Origin: an uncultured Rhodospirillaceae bacterium
GTDB taxonomy: Bacteria; Pseudomonadota; Alphaproteobacteria; CAAGCB01; CAG-977
DNA length: 64,000 nucleotides
Direction of reading: 5' to 3'
Assembly: GCA_900550445.1 (NCBI GenBank)
Contig: URSF01000003.1
Location: 1,158 to 65,157 of the forward strand
Part shown: piece by piece, positions 46,814 through 55,502 of the stretch
How positions within the stretch are numbered: position 1 is the stretch's first letter
How the letters are laid out: the number at the start of each line of letters is the position of its first letter
Translations under genes and position numbers: made by a program
Notes under the pieces: model-generated
Told to the model about the DNA's origin: nothing
The model's database searches: none
What the model saw: the letters and a program-made list of their open reading frames with translations, nothing else

Positions 46814-47722
46814 ATGTTCAAAAAACTTTACCAGTTTATCCGGCGTTTTACACTGCCGATCATCGTTTTTTTGTTTCTGGTTTACTGCTTTTCCGACAAA
46901 AGCCTCTGGACCGATTTCAACGGTTACGTCGCTTCTTTCAGAGTCCCGATCCGCCAGGGCGTTTTGGCCGTTATGCTTTTTTTATCCATAACGTATATTC
47001 TGCGCCTGATTCGCGACGCTTTCATGCCGCGCCTGTTCAACCATTTGCATTTTAACAATAATACCGAAAGTTCGGCAACGTCAATCGTCGGTTATATTTC
47101 CGTTTTAATCGCCGGACTGATTTCCCTGTCGGTTTTAGGCGTAAACCTGAAAAGCCTCGGTTTGCTGATCAGCGCGTTGTCGGTCGGTCTGGGCTTCGGC
47201 CTGCAGCACGTGGTGAATAATTTCATTTCCGGAATTTTAATTTTATTTGAACGTCCCTTCCGGATCGGCGACTGGATCGTTCTTAATGACAAAGAAGGCA
47301 TCGTGCGTAAAATCAATATCCGGTCAACCGAACTGGAAACATTTGACAAAGCGCTGATTATCATTCCGAACGCGGATATTATTTCCGGCGTATTGACAAA
47401 CTGGACGTTGACGGATTCCAAAGGCCGGCTGCTCATCAATGTCGGCGTCGGATACGATTCCGATTTGGAAAAAGTGCTGCAACTGGCCGTCAGCATAATT
47501 AAAAACGATCCTCGGATTCTTTCGGATCCGCCGGCCTCCGCGATCGTCACTTCATTTGACGACAGCAGCATCGAGATTCAACTGCGGTGTTATATCAGCA
47601 ACGTTATGCAGCGTTCCGTTGTCAAAAGCGACCTGATGATCCGGCTGCAAAAAACATTTAACGATAACGGAATAGATATTCCTTTTCCGCAAAGAGTCGT
47701 ACAAATGCTGCCCGAAAAATAA
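46814..47722 (+). CDS. MscS-family mechanosensitive channel
   Basis: Start set at the ATG at 46814 behind AAGGAG. Core motif is GLGFGLQHVVNNFISGILILFERPFRIGDWI. Confidence 0.85.
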   Translation: MFKKLYQFIRRFTLPIIVFLFLVYCFSDKSLWTDFNGYVASFRVPIRQGVLAVMLFLSITYILRLIRDAFMPRLFNHLHFNNNTESSATSIVGYISVLIAGLISLSVLGVNLKSLGLLISALSVGLGFGLQHVVNNFISGILILFERPFRIGDWIVLNDKEGIVRKINIRSTELETFDKALIIIPNADIISGVLTNWTLTDSKGRLLINVGVGYDSDLEKVLQLAVSIIKNDPRILSDPPASAIVTSFDDSSIEIQLRCYISNVMQRSVVKSDLMIRLQKTFNDNGIDIPFPQRVVQMLPEK

Positions 47723-47746
47723 AGACCGGATTTTCCGGTCTTTTTA
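47721..47746. terminator. bidirectional terminator between mscS and HExxH paralog 2
   Basis: agaccgga-ttt-tccggtct, flanked by A-rich and T-rich runs. Confidence 0.7.
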
Positions 47747-47747
47747 T

Positions 47748-48647
47748 TTAACGTCCTCTGATCGCCGCGGCCGCTTTTAATAAGACGGGCGAAGGCGCTT
47801 TTTGTTTTTGTTCGTTTCTGACCGGCAGCTTTGCAACCGATTTATCACCGGTCTGCGCCATCATTTCCTTGCCTTTATCCGACACGGCCATATTTTCGGC
47901 GCGGTCAAAAAACGCTGCGGAAATATACGGCTGACCGTTATGCAGACAAACCGACGCCAGCTGTTCGTTGGAAACCGCCGCTTCCTTTTTCACCGAATTA
48001 AAATCTTTCTTTTTTTGTTCCGAATTCATGCGGATCTGCGCCACATACTGCTTTTCATAAGCTTCCTGATAATTCTTATAACCGTACCACGCCTGAAAAG
48101 ACGCACGCATCGCTTTTGTTTCATCGCCGGATTTTTCCATTTCCCCGACATAAGCCCGCATCATCGGCGTTTCCATTTCTTTTTCAAAAACCTGCGGATA
48201 TTCGTCTTTCATCTGATAAGCGAAAGCCGCCTGATGCGCGCAGGCGTCCGCTTCCAGCGCGCGGTTCAATTTAATGAAATCATACGCGTTCAGACTGCCG
48301 ATAAAATCCGTTGTTTTGTCTTGGCCGCTGATTTTATTGATCCGTTCGACCTGACGGATATGCGTACATTCATGAATTAAAATCGGCGCCAGCTCCATCT
48401 GACGGCGGTAAGAATCCAGCCGCACGACCTTGCGGTCATAATCGCACGCGCCATTAACACCGAACATGGCTTCGTACATATAGGAATATCCCTGAAAGGC
48501 CACGGCATTCATTGTTTCCTGCCCTTTGGGAAACTGATAGGCGATATTCAGCAGACTGGTGAAATTTTCACGATCCGCCCCGCCCAAAGCATAAATCGAA
48601 TTATTAAGCTTTGCAAAGCATTCAAAATTGGATTTTTGATCCGGCAT
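47748..48647 (-). CDS. HExxH zincin-like protein, paralog 2, ...RGR C-terminus
   Basis: ILIHECTHIRQ ... NRALEADACAHQAAFAYQM. It ends LLKAAAAIRGR and starts 1 nt after the stop of paralog 3. Confidence 0.6.
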   Translation of the reverse strand: MPDQKSNFECFAKLNNSIYALGGADRENFTSLLNIAYQFPKGQETMNAVAFQGYSYMYEAMFGVNGACDYDRKVVRLDSYRRQMELAPILIHECTHIRQVERINKISGQDKTTDFIGSLNAYDFIKLNRALEADACAHQAAFAYQMKDEYPQVFEKEMETPMMRAYVGEMEKSGDETKAMRASFQAWYGYKNYQEAYEKQYVAQIRMNSEQKKKDFNSVKKEAAVSNEQLASVCLHNGQPYISAAFFDRAENMAVSDKGKEMMAQTGDKSVAKLPVRNEQKQKAPSPVLLKAAAAIRGR

Positions 48648-48648
48648 T

Positions 48649-49647
48649 TTATCGTCCCCTTTGATTTATCGCTGCCGACACGACAGCCTGTTTATTTCCG
48701 GATTTTTCCGGCGGAGCCGTCAATTCCCCTTTTTTATTGCGCAGACACATCGACCAAACGGATCGGTCAGGCTTTGCCCCCGGAACGGACGCGGCATAAT
48801 CGTCGATCATGGCGGAAATTTCTTTTTGATCCGACTGTTTAATGGAAAACGGCCGGCCGCTGTTTAAATCATCTGCGGTCATATACGGCTTTCCTTTATA
48901 GCAGCACATTTTCAAAACGTCCGCGACGGGATATTCCTTTGAAAAGCAGTCGGGATCCTTTTCTTTTTTGGCATATTCGGCGATCCGTTTAAACCCGTCC
49001 TTGTGCCATTTGTCGTAATAGTCGCGGTAATAGTCGCATTCATACCATGCGGCGAAACAGGCCTGCATCGCTTTTCTTTCGTCATGGGACTTTTCCATTT
49101 CCCCGACATAAGCGTGAAACATCGGCAATCCGGTTTCCTTTGCCTTTTCATAAACGTTCGGCATGATCTCCTTGCATTCGTAAACGAAAGCCATTTCATG
49201 CGCGACGGCGTCAGCCTCTATCGCGCGGTGCATTCTGAGCGACGAAGCGACTTGCGTATGTTCGTAATTCGGCCTGTTTTCGCTTTCCCTGGAATACTGA
49301 ATGGCGTGGCGGCCCTCGTGCACGGCGGTTTGAAGCATATATTCAAACCCGAACGACGGGTTGATCACGACTTTTTTCTGATTCGGCGCGCAGAAGCCGC
49401 CGAAATTTCCTTTTTCAAACGCGAAAGAATACCCCAGCTTTGACAGCGTCGTCAGCGTTTCGCGGCCTTTTTTGGTTTTCATTACGGAATCAATGATTTC
49501 TTCAAACAAAATTTCTTCTTTTACCGCGTTTTTCGCATCAGAGGCCGTAAAAGCTTTTGTCAAAACCTTTTTTGCCTTTTGCGCCGCGCGGCCGCAGGCA
49601 TACTTTTTGTACGATTTCTGCGTAAATCCGGCAACCGTTTCAGCCAT
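48649..49647 (-). CDS. HExxH zincin-like protein, paralog 3, ...RGR C-terminus
   Basis: TAVHEGRHAIQ ... HRAIEADAVAHEMAFVYEC. It shares AYVGEMEKS..(D/E)..KAM.A.F.AWY with paralog 2 and ends VVSAAINQRGR. Confidence 0.6.
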   Translation of the reverse strand: MAETVAGFTQKSYKKYACGRAAQKAKKVLTKAFTASDAKNAVKEEILFEEIIDSVMKTKKGRETLTTLSKLGYSFAFEKGNFGGFCAPNQKKVVINPSFGFEYMLQTAVHEGRHAIQYSRESENRPNYEHTQVASSLRMHRAIEADAVAHEMAFVYECKEIMPNVYEKAKETGLPMFHAYVGEMEKSHDERKAMQACFAAWYECDYYRDYYDKWHKDGFKRIAEYAKKEKDPDCFSKEYPVADVLKMCCYKGKPYMTADDLNSGRPFSIKQSDQKEISAMIDDYAASVPGAKPDRSVWSMCLRNKKGELTAPPEKSGNKQAVVSAAINQRGR

Positions 49648-49688
49648 AAGAATCCCCTTTTCTTCAAAGAACGGTATCAGGATATCAT

Positions 49689-50171
49689 TTATTGGACAGT
49701 TGTCAATTCATTTTTGTCCAGATTTTCTCTGCCTATTTGTTCTGCACACGCTTTTTTCAAAGCCTCCGCCCCGTTTTCGGAAACAAGAACGCCGTTGACA
49801 AAAATCCGGCCTTCTTTGATTTCAACTCTGGCGACGGGAATAAATCCGAATTCCAGATCGGAATTCCAAAATCCGAAATCTTTTTTCAAATCCAGAAAAA
49901 CCGGCAGAGTCAGCGTCGTCAGATCAGGCGAGGTTACGGGAACGCCGCCGTTTATATCCGCCGGCGCGACACGATTTCCCGTTGCACTTAACGTTGAATC
50001 CGTTCCCAAATCCGCCGGCGCGACGGACCGTCCGTCAGCGGAAACACCGGGAACATAATCCGCACCGGGCACGGCCAACCTGTAACAATCCTGCGGCGAT
50101 ATTCTGATTTGAACGGGTTCCGCCCGCAAAACGGCCGGAAACAAACAAAGAAAAATCAAAATCCCTATCAT
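49689..50171 (-). CDS. hypothetical secreted protein
   Basis: 160 aa with a signal peptide (MIGILIFLCLFPAVLRAEP) and a repeated V(A)PAD(L/I) motif. No family recognised. Confidence 0.5.
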   Translation of the reverse strand: MIGILIFLCLFPAVLRAEPVQIRISPQDCYRLAVPGADYVPGVSADGRSVAPADLGTDSTLSATGNRVAPADINGGVPVTSPDLTTLTLPVFLDLKKDFGFWNSDLEFGFIPVARVEIKEGRIFVNGVLVSENGAEALKKACAEQIGRENLDKNELTTVQ

Positions 50172-50192
50172 ATCCCGGCTTTTCCTTTTTGA

Positions 50193-51869
50193 TCAGATTC
50201 TGACCAGATGCGTTTCCACCAACGGCCGGCGGCCGTGCGTTTCCATAACAACTTTGCGCACGGCGGATTTCACGGTGTCCGCAACGCTCTGATCGTCAAG
50301 GCGTTTATCTTTGCCCAGCAGCTCCACAGCCTGTTTGACCGCCGTATCCATCTGTCCCATAACCGGATCCGCATTTTCAATCAGACCGACGGCAGAAAAC
50401 TGAACGTCGCCGACAACCGTTCCTTTTTTATCCAGAACCAGCGTCGCCACGACCGTTCCGTCGTCAATCATGCGGCGGCGCTGTTTTAACACGCCGGCAT
50501 TTAACGGGATAATCTGTTTTCTGTCGCGCGCCAGAACACCGGTTTTGACTTCACCGATAATTTCCGGCTGCCTGCCGTCCAGGCGCAAAACGTCACCGTC
50601 CTTGATAATCACGGTTTTCTTTACCCCGCAGCCGGCGGCCAGATCGGCATGTTCGTATAAATGGGCCGCTTCGCCATGAACGGGAACGGCGATTTTCGGC
50701 TTTAAGAACTCATATAACTTCGCGATATCCCTGCGTCCGGAATGACCGGACACATGAACCAGAGCGTCTTTCACGGTAACGATTTCGATTCCTTTGGCAA
50801 TAAAACGGTTTTGGATATTGGCGATCGCCTGTTCGTTGCCGGGAATAACGCGCGAAGAAAAAACGACGACGTCCCCTTTGACGGGTTTTACCGCTCCGGT
50901 GCCGTAAGAAATATTCGATAGCGCGGCTTTCGGTTCTCCCTGACAGCCCGTGCACAGATAAAGAATTTCCGACGGATCGTGTTGAGCGGCCTCTTCATCG
51001 GTCAGGAAAACGTTGACTCCCTTAAAGTAGCCGGCGGCGCGCCCCGCCCCTTCGACCCGCCACAGCGACCGGCCCAGCAGACAGACCGTCCGGCCGTTTT
51101 TTTCTGCCGCTTCGGCAATACTTTCAATCCGCCCGACGTTCGATGCGAAACACGTCACGATCAGCCGCTTTCCCTTATAAGCCGCGAACAGCTCTGTCAA
51201 AGCGGTTTTAACCGCTGTTTCGGACGGAATGTCGCCTTCAACGAAAACGTTCGTCGAATCCCCGACCAGAGCCAGAATTTTTTCCTTTTTCAAAGCTTGC
51301 AATGCCTTGTAATCCACGGGCTTTCCGACAACGGGGTCTTCGTCAAAGCGCCAGTCGCCCGTATGAAACACGTTGCCGCGAGGCGTTTTGATCAGCAGCG
51401 AGGACGCTTCGGGAATAGAGTGGTTGATAGACACCAATTCGATTTCAAACGGAGCCAGATCCAACAGATCGCCCTGTTCAAAAACACGGACGGGAACGCG
51501 GCCCAGCAGCCCCGCTTCGTCCAGACGCGTTTCCAGCATTTCCGCGGCAAAAGCCGACACATAAACGGGGCAGCGCAGAACGGGCCAAAATGTCGCCACC
51601 GCGCCGATATGGTCTTCGTGCGCGTGCGTAACGACCAGCCCTTTTAACCGCGGCGCGATTTTTTCGGCAAACGACGGATCGGGCAGCAGCATATCAACCC
51701 CCGGCAACCTGTCGCCGGCAAAACCGACGCCGCAGTCTACGGCCAGCCAGTCGCCGTCGCAGGCATAAAGATAAAAATTCATACCGATTTCACCGACGCC
51801 GCCCAAAGGAACAAAGAACAATCCTTCATCAGGAACGTCAATATATTCAGCTGTTTTCTCACCGGACAT
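50193..51869 (-). CDS. rnj: ribonuclease J (metallo-beta-lactamase/beta-CASP)
   Basis: VVTHAHEDHIGA, GDSTN and HVSGH motifs. 558 aa. Confidence 0.88.
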   Translation of the reverse strand: MSGEKTAEYIDVPDEGLFFVPLGGVGEIGMNFYLYACDGDWLAVDCGVGFAGDRLPGVDMLLPDPSFAEKIAPRLKGLVVTHAHEDHIGAVATFWPVLRCPVYVSAFAAEMLETRLDEAGLLGRVPVRVFEQGDLLDLAPFEIELVSINHSIPEASSLLIKTPRGNVFHTGDWRFDEDPVVGKPVDYKALQALKKEKILALVGDSTNVFVEGDIPSETAVKTALTELFAAYKGKRLIVTCFASNVGRIESIAEAAEKNGRTVCLLGRSLWRVEGAGRAAGYFKGVNVFLTDEEAAQHDPSEILYLCTGCQGEPKAALSNISYGTGAVKPVKGDVVVFSSRVIPGNEQAIANIQNRFIAKGIEIVTVKDALVHVSGHSGRRDIAKLYEFLKPKIAVPVHGEAAHLYEHADLAAGCGVKKTVIIKDGDVLRLDGRQPEIIGEVKTGVLARDRKQIIPLNAGVLKQRRRMIDDGTVVATLVLDKKGTVVGDVQFSAVGLIENADPVMGQMDTAVKQAVELLGKDKRLDDQSVADTVKSAVRKVVMETHGRRPLVETHLVRI

Positions 51870-52606
51870 TATTCATTCTTTCCCGTTTGGCCGAAAAAAA
51901 TGTCTCCGGCCGTAATTTTTAAAATTTCGCCTTCTTTATTTAACAAAAAGCACCCGTCCTGATCAAGACCGTAAAAAGTTCCCTTCAACTGCCTGTCCGG
52001 CAGGTTGACCGTCACCGGCCCGCCGATCCCGCAGGCTTTTTGTTTCCATGTTTCCAAAACCGGCGTTATCCCCAGCGTCCGCAAACATTTCTGCCAGTCA
52101 TTAAAACAGTCCAGCAGTGTTTCCAGCATCTGTTCCCTTTCAACATTAAACCCTTCCCGGCACAAAGAAGTAACCGGATATAACATCTGCTTTTCATCAA
52201 CCGGGATCAAATTTACGCCGATTCCGACGATCAATCTGTCTACACCGTTGGTTTCCAATAAAATGCCGCTTACTTTTTTACCGTTAATCAGCAAATCGTT
52301 CGGCCATTTGCAGTTGACCCGCAATCCGGGGCAAAGCTTTTCGATCGCCTGCATCAAAGCGACCGCGGATAAAAAACTGTACACGCCGGCTTCTGCCGGC
52401 CGCACCGGTTCCAGACAGAAAGAAACATACAAATTTCCCGCGGGGCTGACCCAGCGGCGCCCCATTCTCCCGTGTCCGCCGGTCTGTATCCGCGCGCAGA
52501 CAGCCGTTTTATCAGACCCGGAAGGCAGCTTTTTGGCGTCTTCGTTTGTACTGCCTGTTTCTGTTTTTTCGATCAAAGACCAGCCCTGCGGCAATTTTAT
52601 TTTCAT
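51869..52606 (-). CDS. birA: biotin--[acetyl-CoA-carboxylase] ligase (no HTH domain)
   Basis: QTGGHGRMGRRWVSPAGNLYVS and KWPNDLLINGKKVSGILLE. Confidence 0.88.
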   Translation of the reverse strand: MKIKLPQGWSLIEKTETGSTNEDAKKLPSGSDKTAVCARIQTGGHGRMGRRWVSPAGNLYVSFCLEPVRPAEAGVYSFLSAVALMQAIEKLCPGLRVNCKWPNDLLINGKKVSGILLETNGVDRLIVGIGVNLIPVDEKQMLYPVTSLCREGFNVEREQMLETLLDCFNDWQKCLRTLGITPVLETWKQKACGIGGPVTVNLPDRQLKGTFYGLDQDGCFLLNKEGEILKITAGDIFFGQTGKNE

Positions 52607-52615
52607 TTTTACCTC

Positions 52616-54046
52616 TTAAAAACTCATGATCGCCGCCTGAACGGCATGCAGCAGCGGTTCAGCCGCGACAAATGAAACAGCCGATAACACGGCCGACAAG
52701 ACAATGACGATTTTCATCGGCGCCGGAGCAAAAGACAGCTCCTCTTTTGCCGGAACCATATACATCTGCCGGATCAATTTTAAATAAACATACATAATCA
52801 GCAGCCCGCCCAGCATCAGCAGAACGGAAAAAAAGATCATGCCGCTGACGGCGGTTTCTTTAAACAGCCAAAACCGCGTCCAAAATCCGGCAAACGGCGG
52901 CGCGCCGGCCAGCCCCAGAAAAATCAGCGCGAACAGTCCGCCCCGCACGGGCTTTGTCTGCCCCTGCCCGGATAAAACGCGGATTTCTTCGCTTAATTCG
53001 TCGCCGATGCGCAGCGATAAAACAACCGCCGACATACCCGCCAGCATAACCAAATCTATCGTCAGCGCGAACTGCAGCAGCACGGCGCTCCGCACGACCA
53101 GAGCCGACAAAGCAAAACCGTTCAGAACAATAACGGTATAAGCCGTCAGACGTTTGATATTTGTCTGCACGATTGCCCCGAATCCGCCGATACAGACAGA
53201 CAAAACGGCGACCGTTGACAAAACGGGCTGCCAGTAAAAAGTCAGAGAGGCGAAAGGTTCCAGCACAACTCTGGCCAAAGCGGCGATCACGGGCAGACGC
53301 ACAAGCATGGCGAACAAAGCCGTCACGGGGGACGGAGCGCCTTCATACACGTCTGCCGCCCACGAATGGAACGGCGCGGCGCCGATTTTCAAAAACAACC
53401 CGGCGGCGATAAAAGACAATCCCCACAACAGTGCCGGCATAATCGTCTGCTTGTCCGCGGCGGCCAGCCGATCAAAATCCAATGTTCCCAAACAGGCGTA
53501 CAGGACGGACACGCCGAACAGGTACAATCCCGAACTTAAAAATACCATAACGACATATTTCGTCCCCGCTTCGGTCGACCGCTCTCCCTGACGTTTATAG
53601 GCCGTCAAAAACAACAGCGGGAAATGCATCATTTCCAGTCCCAGAAACTGCACTAAAAAAGTCCGGGCGGAAACCGTCAGCATCATGCCCGTCATGCAGA
53701 ACGCCAGCAGCGGAGCAAATTCAAAACGCGAATATTTTTTATATTTCAGCCAATCCGAAGCAAAAGCCAAAGCGGCCGCACCGCCGATCAGCAGAATTTT
53801 TTTCAGCCAAAGGGCAAACCTGTCCAAAACGAACCCCGGAAAATTAATCGATAATCCGCCGGCCGGAACGTCAATCAGGCATAAAACGGCAAAAGCCGAC
53901 AACATTCCCGTATAAATCAGCCTGTCCGCCTTTTGCTTCGCTTTGGCCGGAGCGGCGTAAACACCGGCCGGCAAGGAAAGAACCGCAAAGAAAAACAAGA
54001 TCGTTTCGGGCAAAACAGGCAATATATTTTTTAACGTTTCAACCAT
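52616..54046 (-). CDS. nuoN: complex I subunit N
   Basis: 476 aa, polytopic. LVQFLGLEMMHFPL and APFHSWAADVYEGAPSPVTALFA. Confidence 0.85.
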   Translation of the reverse strand: MVETLKNILPVLPETILFFFAVLSLPAGVYAAPAKAKQKADRLIYTGMLSAFAVLCLIDVPAGGLSINFPGFVLDRFALWLKKILLIGGAAALAFASDWLKYKKYSRFEFAPLLAFCMTGMMLTVSARTFLVQFLGLEMMHFPLLFLTAYKRQGERSTEAGTKYVVMVFLSSGLYLFGVSVLYACLGTLDFDRLAAADKQTIMPALLWGLSFIAAGLFLKIGAAPFHSWAADVYEGAPSPVTALFAMLVRLPVIAALARVVLEPFASLTFYWQPVLSTVAVLSVCIGGFGAIVQTNIKRLTAYTVIVLNGFALSALVVRSAVLLQFALTIDLVMLAGMSAVVLSLRIGDELSEEIRVLSGQGQTKPVRGGLFALIFLGLAGAPPFAGFWTRFWLFKETAVSGMIFFSVLLMLGGLLIMYVYLKLIRQMYMVPAKEELSFAPAPMKIVIVLSAVLSAVSFVAAEPLLHAVQAAIMSF

Positions 54047-54056
54047 TTTCTTTCCC

Positions 54057-55499
54057 CTATCCGCCGACAGCCTGCCGCGCCAGATCGAAAATAATTCCCG
54101 GCATTACGGACAACACCAAAAAAATCATGCCGAAAACAACCGCCGCGATTTTTTCCCGCCAGCTCATATCCGGCGGCGCCAGACTGCGTTCCGGCGGCTG
54201 TCCGAACAGCAGCCGCGTAAACAGCCTGAAAAAAGCCGCATACAGCAAAACCACGGACAACAACAGGAAAAAAGCCGCTGTTTCAGATTGCTTAAACGCG
54301 GCATAAAAAATCAAAAACTGTCCGGTAAACGGCATTAACGGCGGGACGGCCAAAACAGCCAGGCAAGACAGAAAAAACGTCATGCCCAGATAAGGAAACA
54401 ACACCATCAATCCCGTCGGATTTTTAATTCCCGCCGCCCTGAAACGCGCATACAACGCCCCCGCGGACATCAGATAAACCGTAACGGCCAGACCTTGCGC
54501 CGCACATAAAAACAACAGACTTTTTAACGCGTCCGGCGTTGCGCAGAACAATCCCGTCCCCAAAAAGCCGACCTGGGCCAAATGGGCAAATCCGGCGATT
54601 TTCTTGATTTCCACCTGTTTTAACGTAATCAAAGCCCCGTAAACCGCCGAAAAAACCGCCCATGCCAGCAAAACGGGCCCCCATGTCTGCAGCACGGTCT
54701 GCGTAACGGGAAAAGCCAGACGCAAAAAAGCATAAAAAATCAGTTTTGAAAAAATGCCGCACAATAAAATTCCCGTCGGAACGGGCGCTTCCGCCTGCGC
54801 ATCGCTCAACCAGGCATGAAACGGAAACAAAGGAGCTTTAAACGCCAAAGCGGCCAGAAAACAAACCAGCAGAACAGCCTGTTCCGATTCACTTAACGTC
54901 AGCAGCCCGACAGCGGTATAATCGGCGGATCCCGCTTTTTCCGACAGCCAGAACAAAGCCGGCATCAGGCAGATCGCGCCTAAAAGATCCGAAAAACAAA
55001 ACTTATAAGCCGTGTAAATACGTTTTTCCGTCCCCCATACGGCCGTCATTAAAAACAACGGCAGAACCGCGGCTTCCCAGAAAACGAAAAACTGAAACAT
55101 ATTCTGCGAACAAACCGCTATCAGCATAAAGCCTTCCGCCGTTAAAACCAGAAAAGAAAACTCGCGGACGCAAAACAGAACATGACGTCTGATGACACAA
55201 ACGGACAAAACGGTTAAAAACGAAATCAGCAAAACAAAAATCATGCTCAGCGCGTCTATACCGGTCCGCCAGTCGGTCCGCACCGGGCTGAACGCCGTCT
55301 GCGACAAATATTTTTCAGGATCGGCTTCATAGAAAAGCACCGAAGTCAAAGACAATAAAAACACGCATGTCGTGATTAACAAAGCCACATGCCGGCTGTT
55401 TTTTGAAACGATGCGCTCGTCTCCTCTGATAAGCAACAAAAACAGCGCCCCCAGCAGCGGCAAAAACAAAACGACGGAAGGCAAAGAAAAATGTATCAC
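54057..55499 (-). CDS. nuoM: complex I subunit M
   Basis: 480 aa. NMFQFFVFWEAAVLPLFL and PLFPFHAWLSDAQAEAPVPTG. Confidence 0.85.
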   Translation of the reverse strand: MIHFSLPSVVLFLPLLGALFLLLIRGDERIVSKNSRHVALLITTCVFLLSLTSVLFYEADPEKYLSQTAFSPVRTDWRTGIDALSMIFVLLISFLTVLSVCVIRRHVLFCVREFSFLVLTAEGFMLIAVCSQNMFQFFVFWEAAVLPLFLMTAVWGTEKRIYTAYKFCFSDLLGAICLMPALFWLSEKAGSADYTAVGLLTLSESEQAVLLVCFLAALAFKAPLFPFHAWLSDAQAEAPVPTGILLCGIFSKLIFYAFLRLAFPVTQTVLQTWGPVLLAWAVFSAVYGALITLKQVEIKKIAGFAHLAQVGFLGTGLFCATPDALKSLLFLCAAQGLAVTVYLMSAGALYARFRAAGIKNPTGLMVLFPYLGMTFFLSCLAVLAVPPLMPFTGQFLIFYAAFKQSETAAFFLLLSVVLLYAAFFRLFTRLLFGQPPERSLAPPDMSWREKIAAVVFGMIFLVLSVMPGIIFDLARQAVGG

Positions 55500-55502
55500 G
55501 GC

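Noticed and set aside
48591-48652. Apparent 1-nt discrepancy between my reading and the ORF track. My hand reading of the printed sequence gave cgaaatt where the ORF-track translation (…KLNNSIY…) implies cgaatt. This would shift the start of the 299-aa ORF and the stop of the 332-aa ORF by one base.
   Set aside because: I treat this as my own reading error, not as a frameshift or pseudogene. The track is computed from the sequence, and both ORFs are otherwise in register at their other ends. Coordinates from the track were used.
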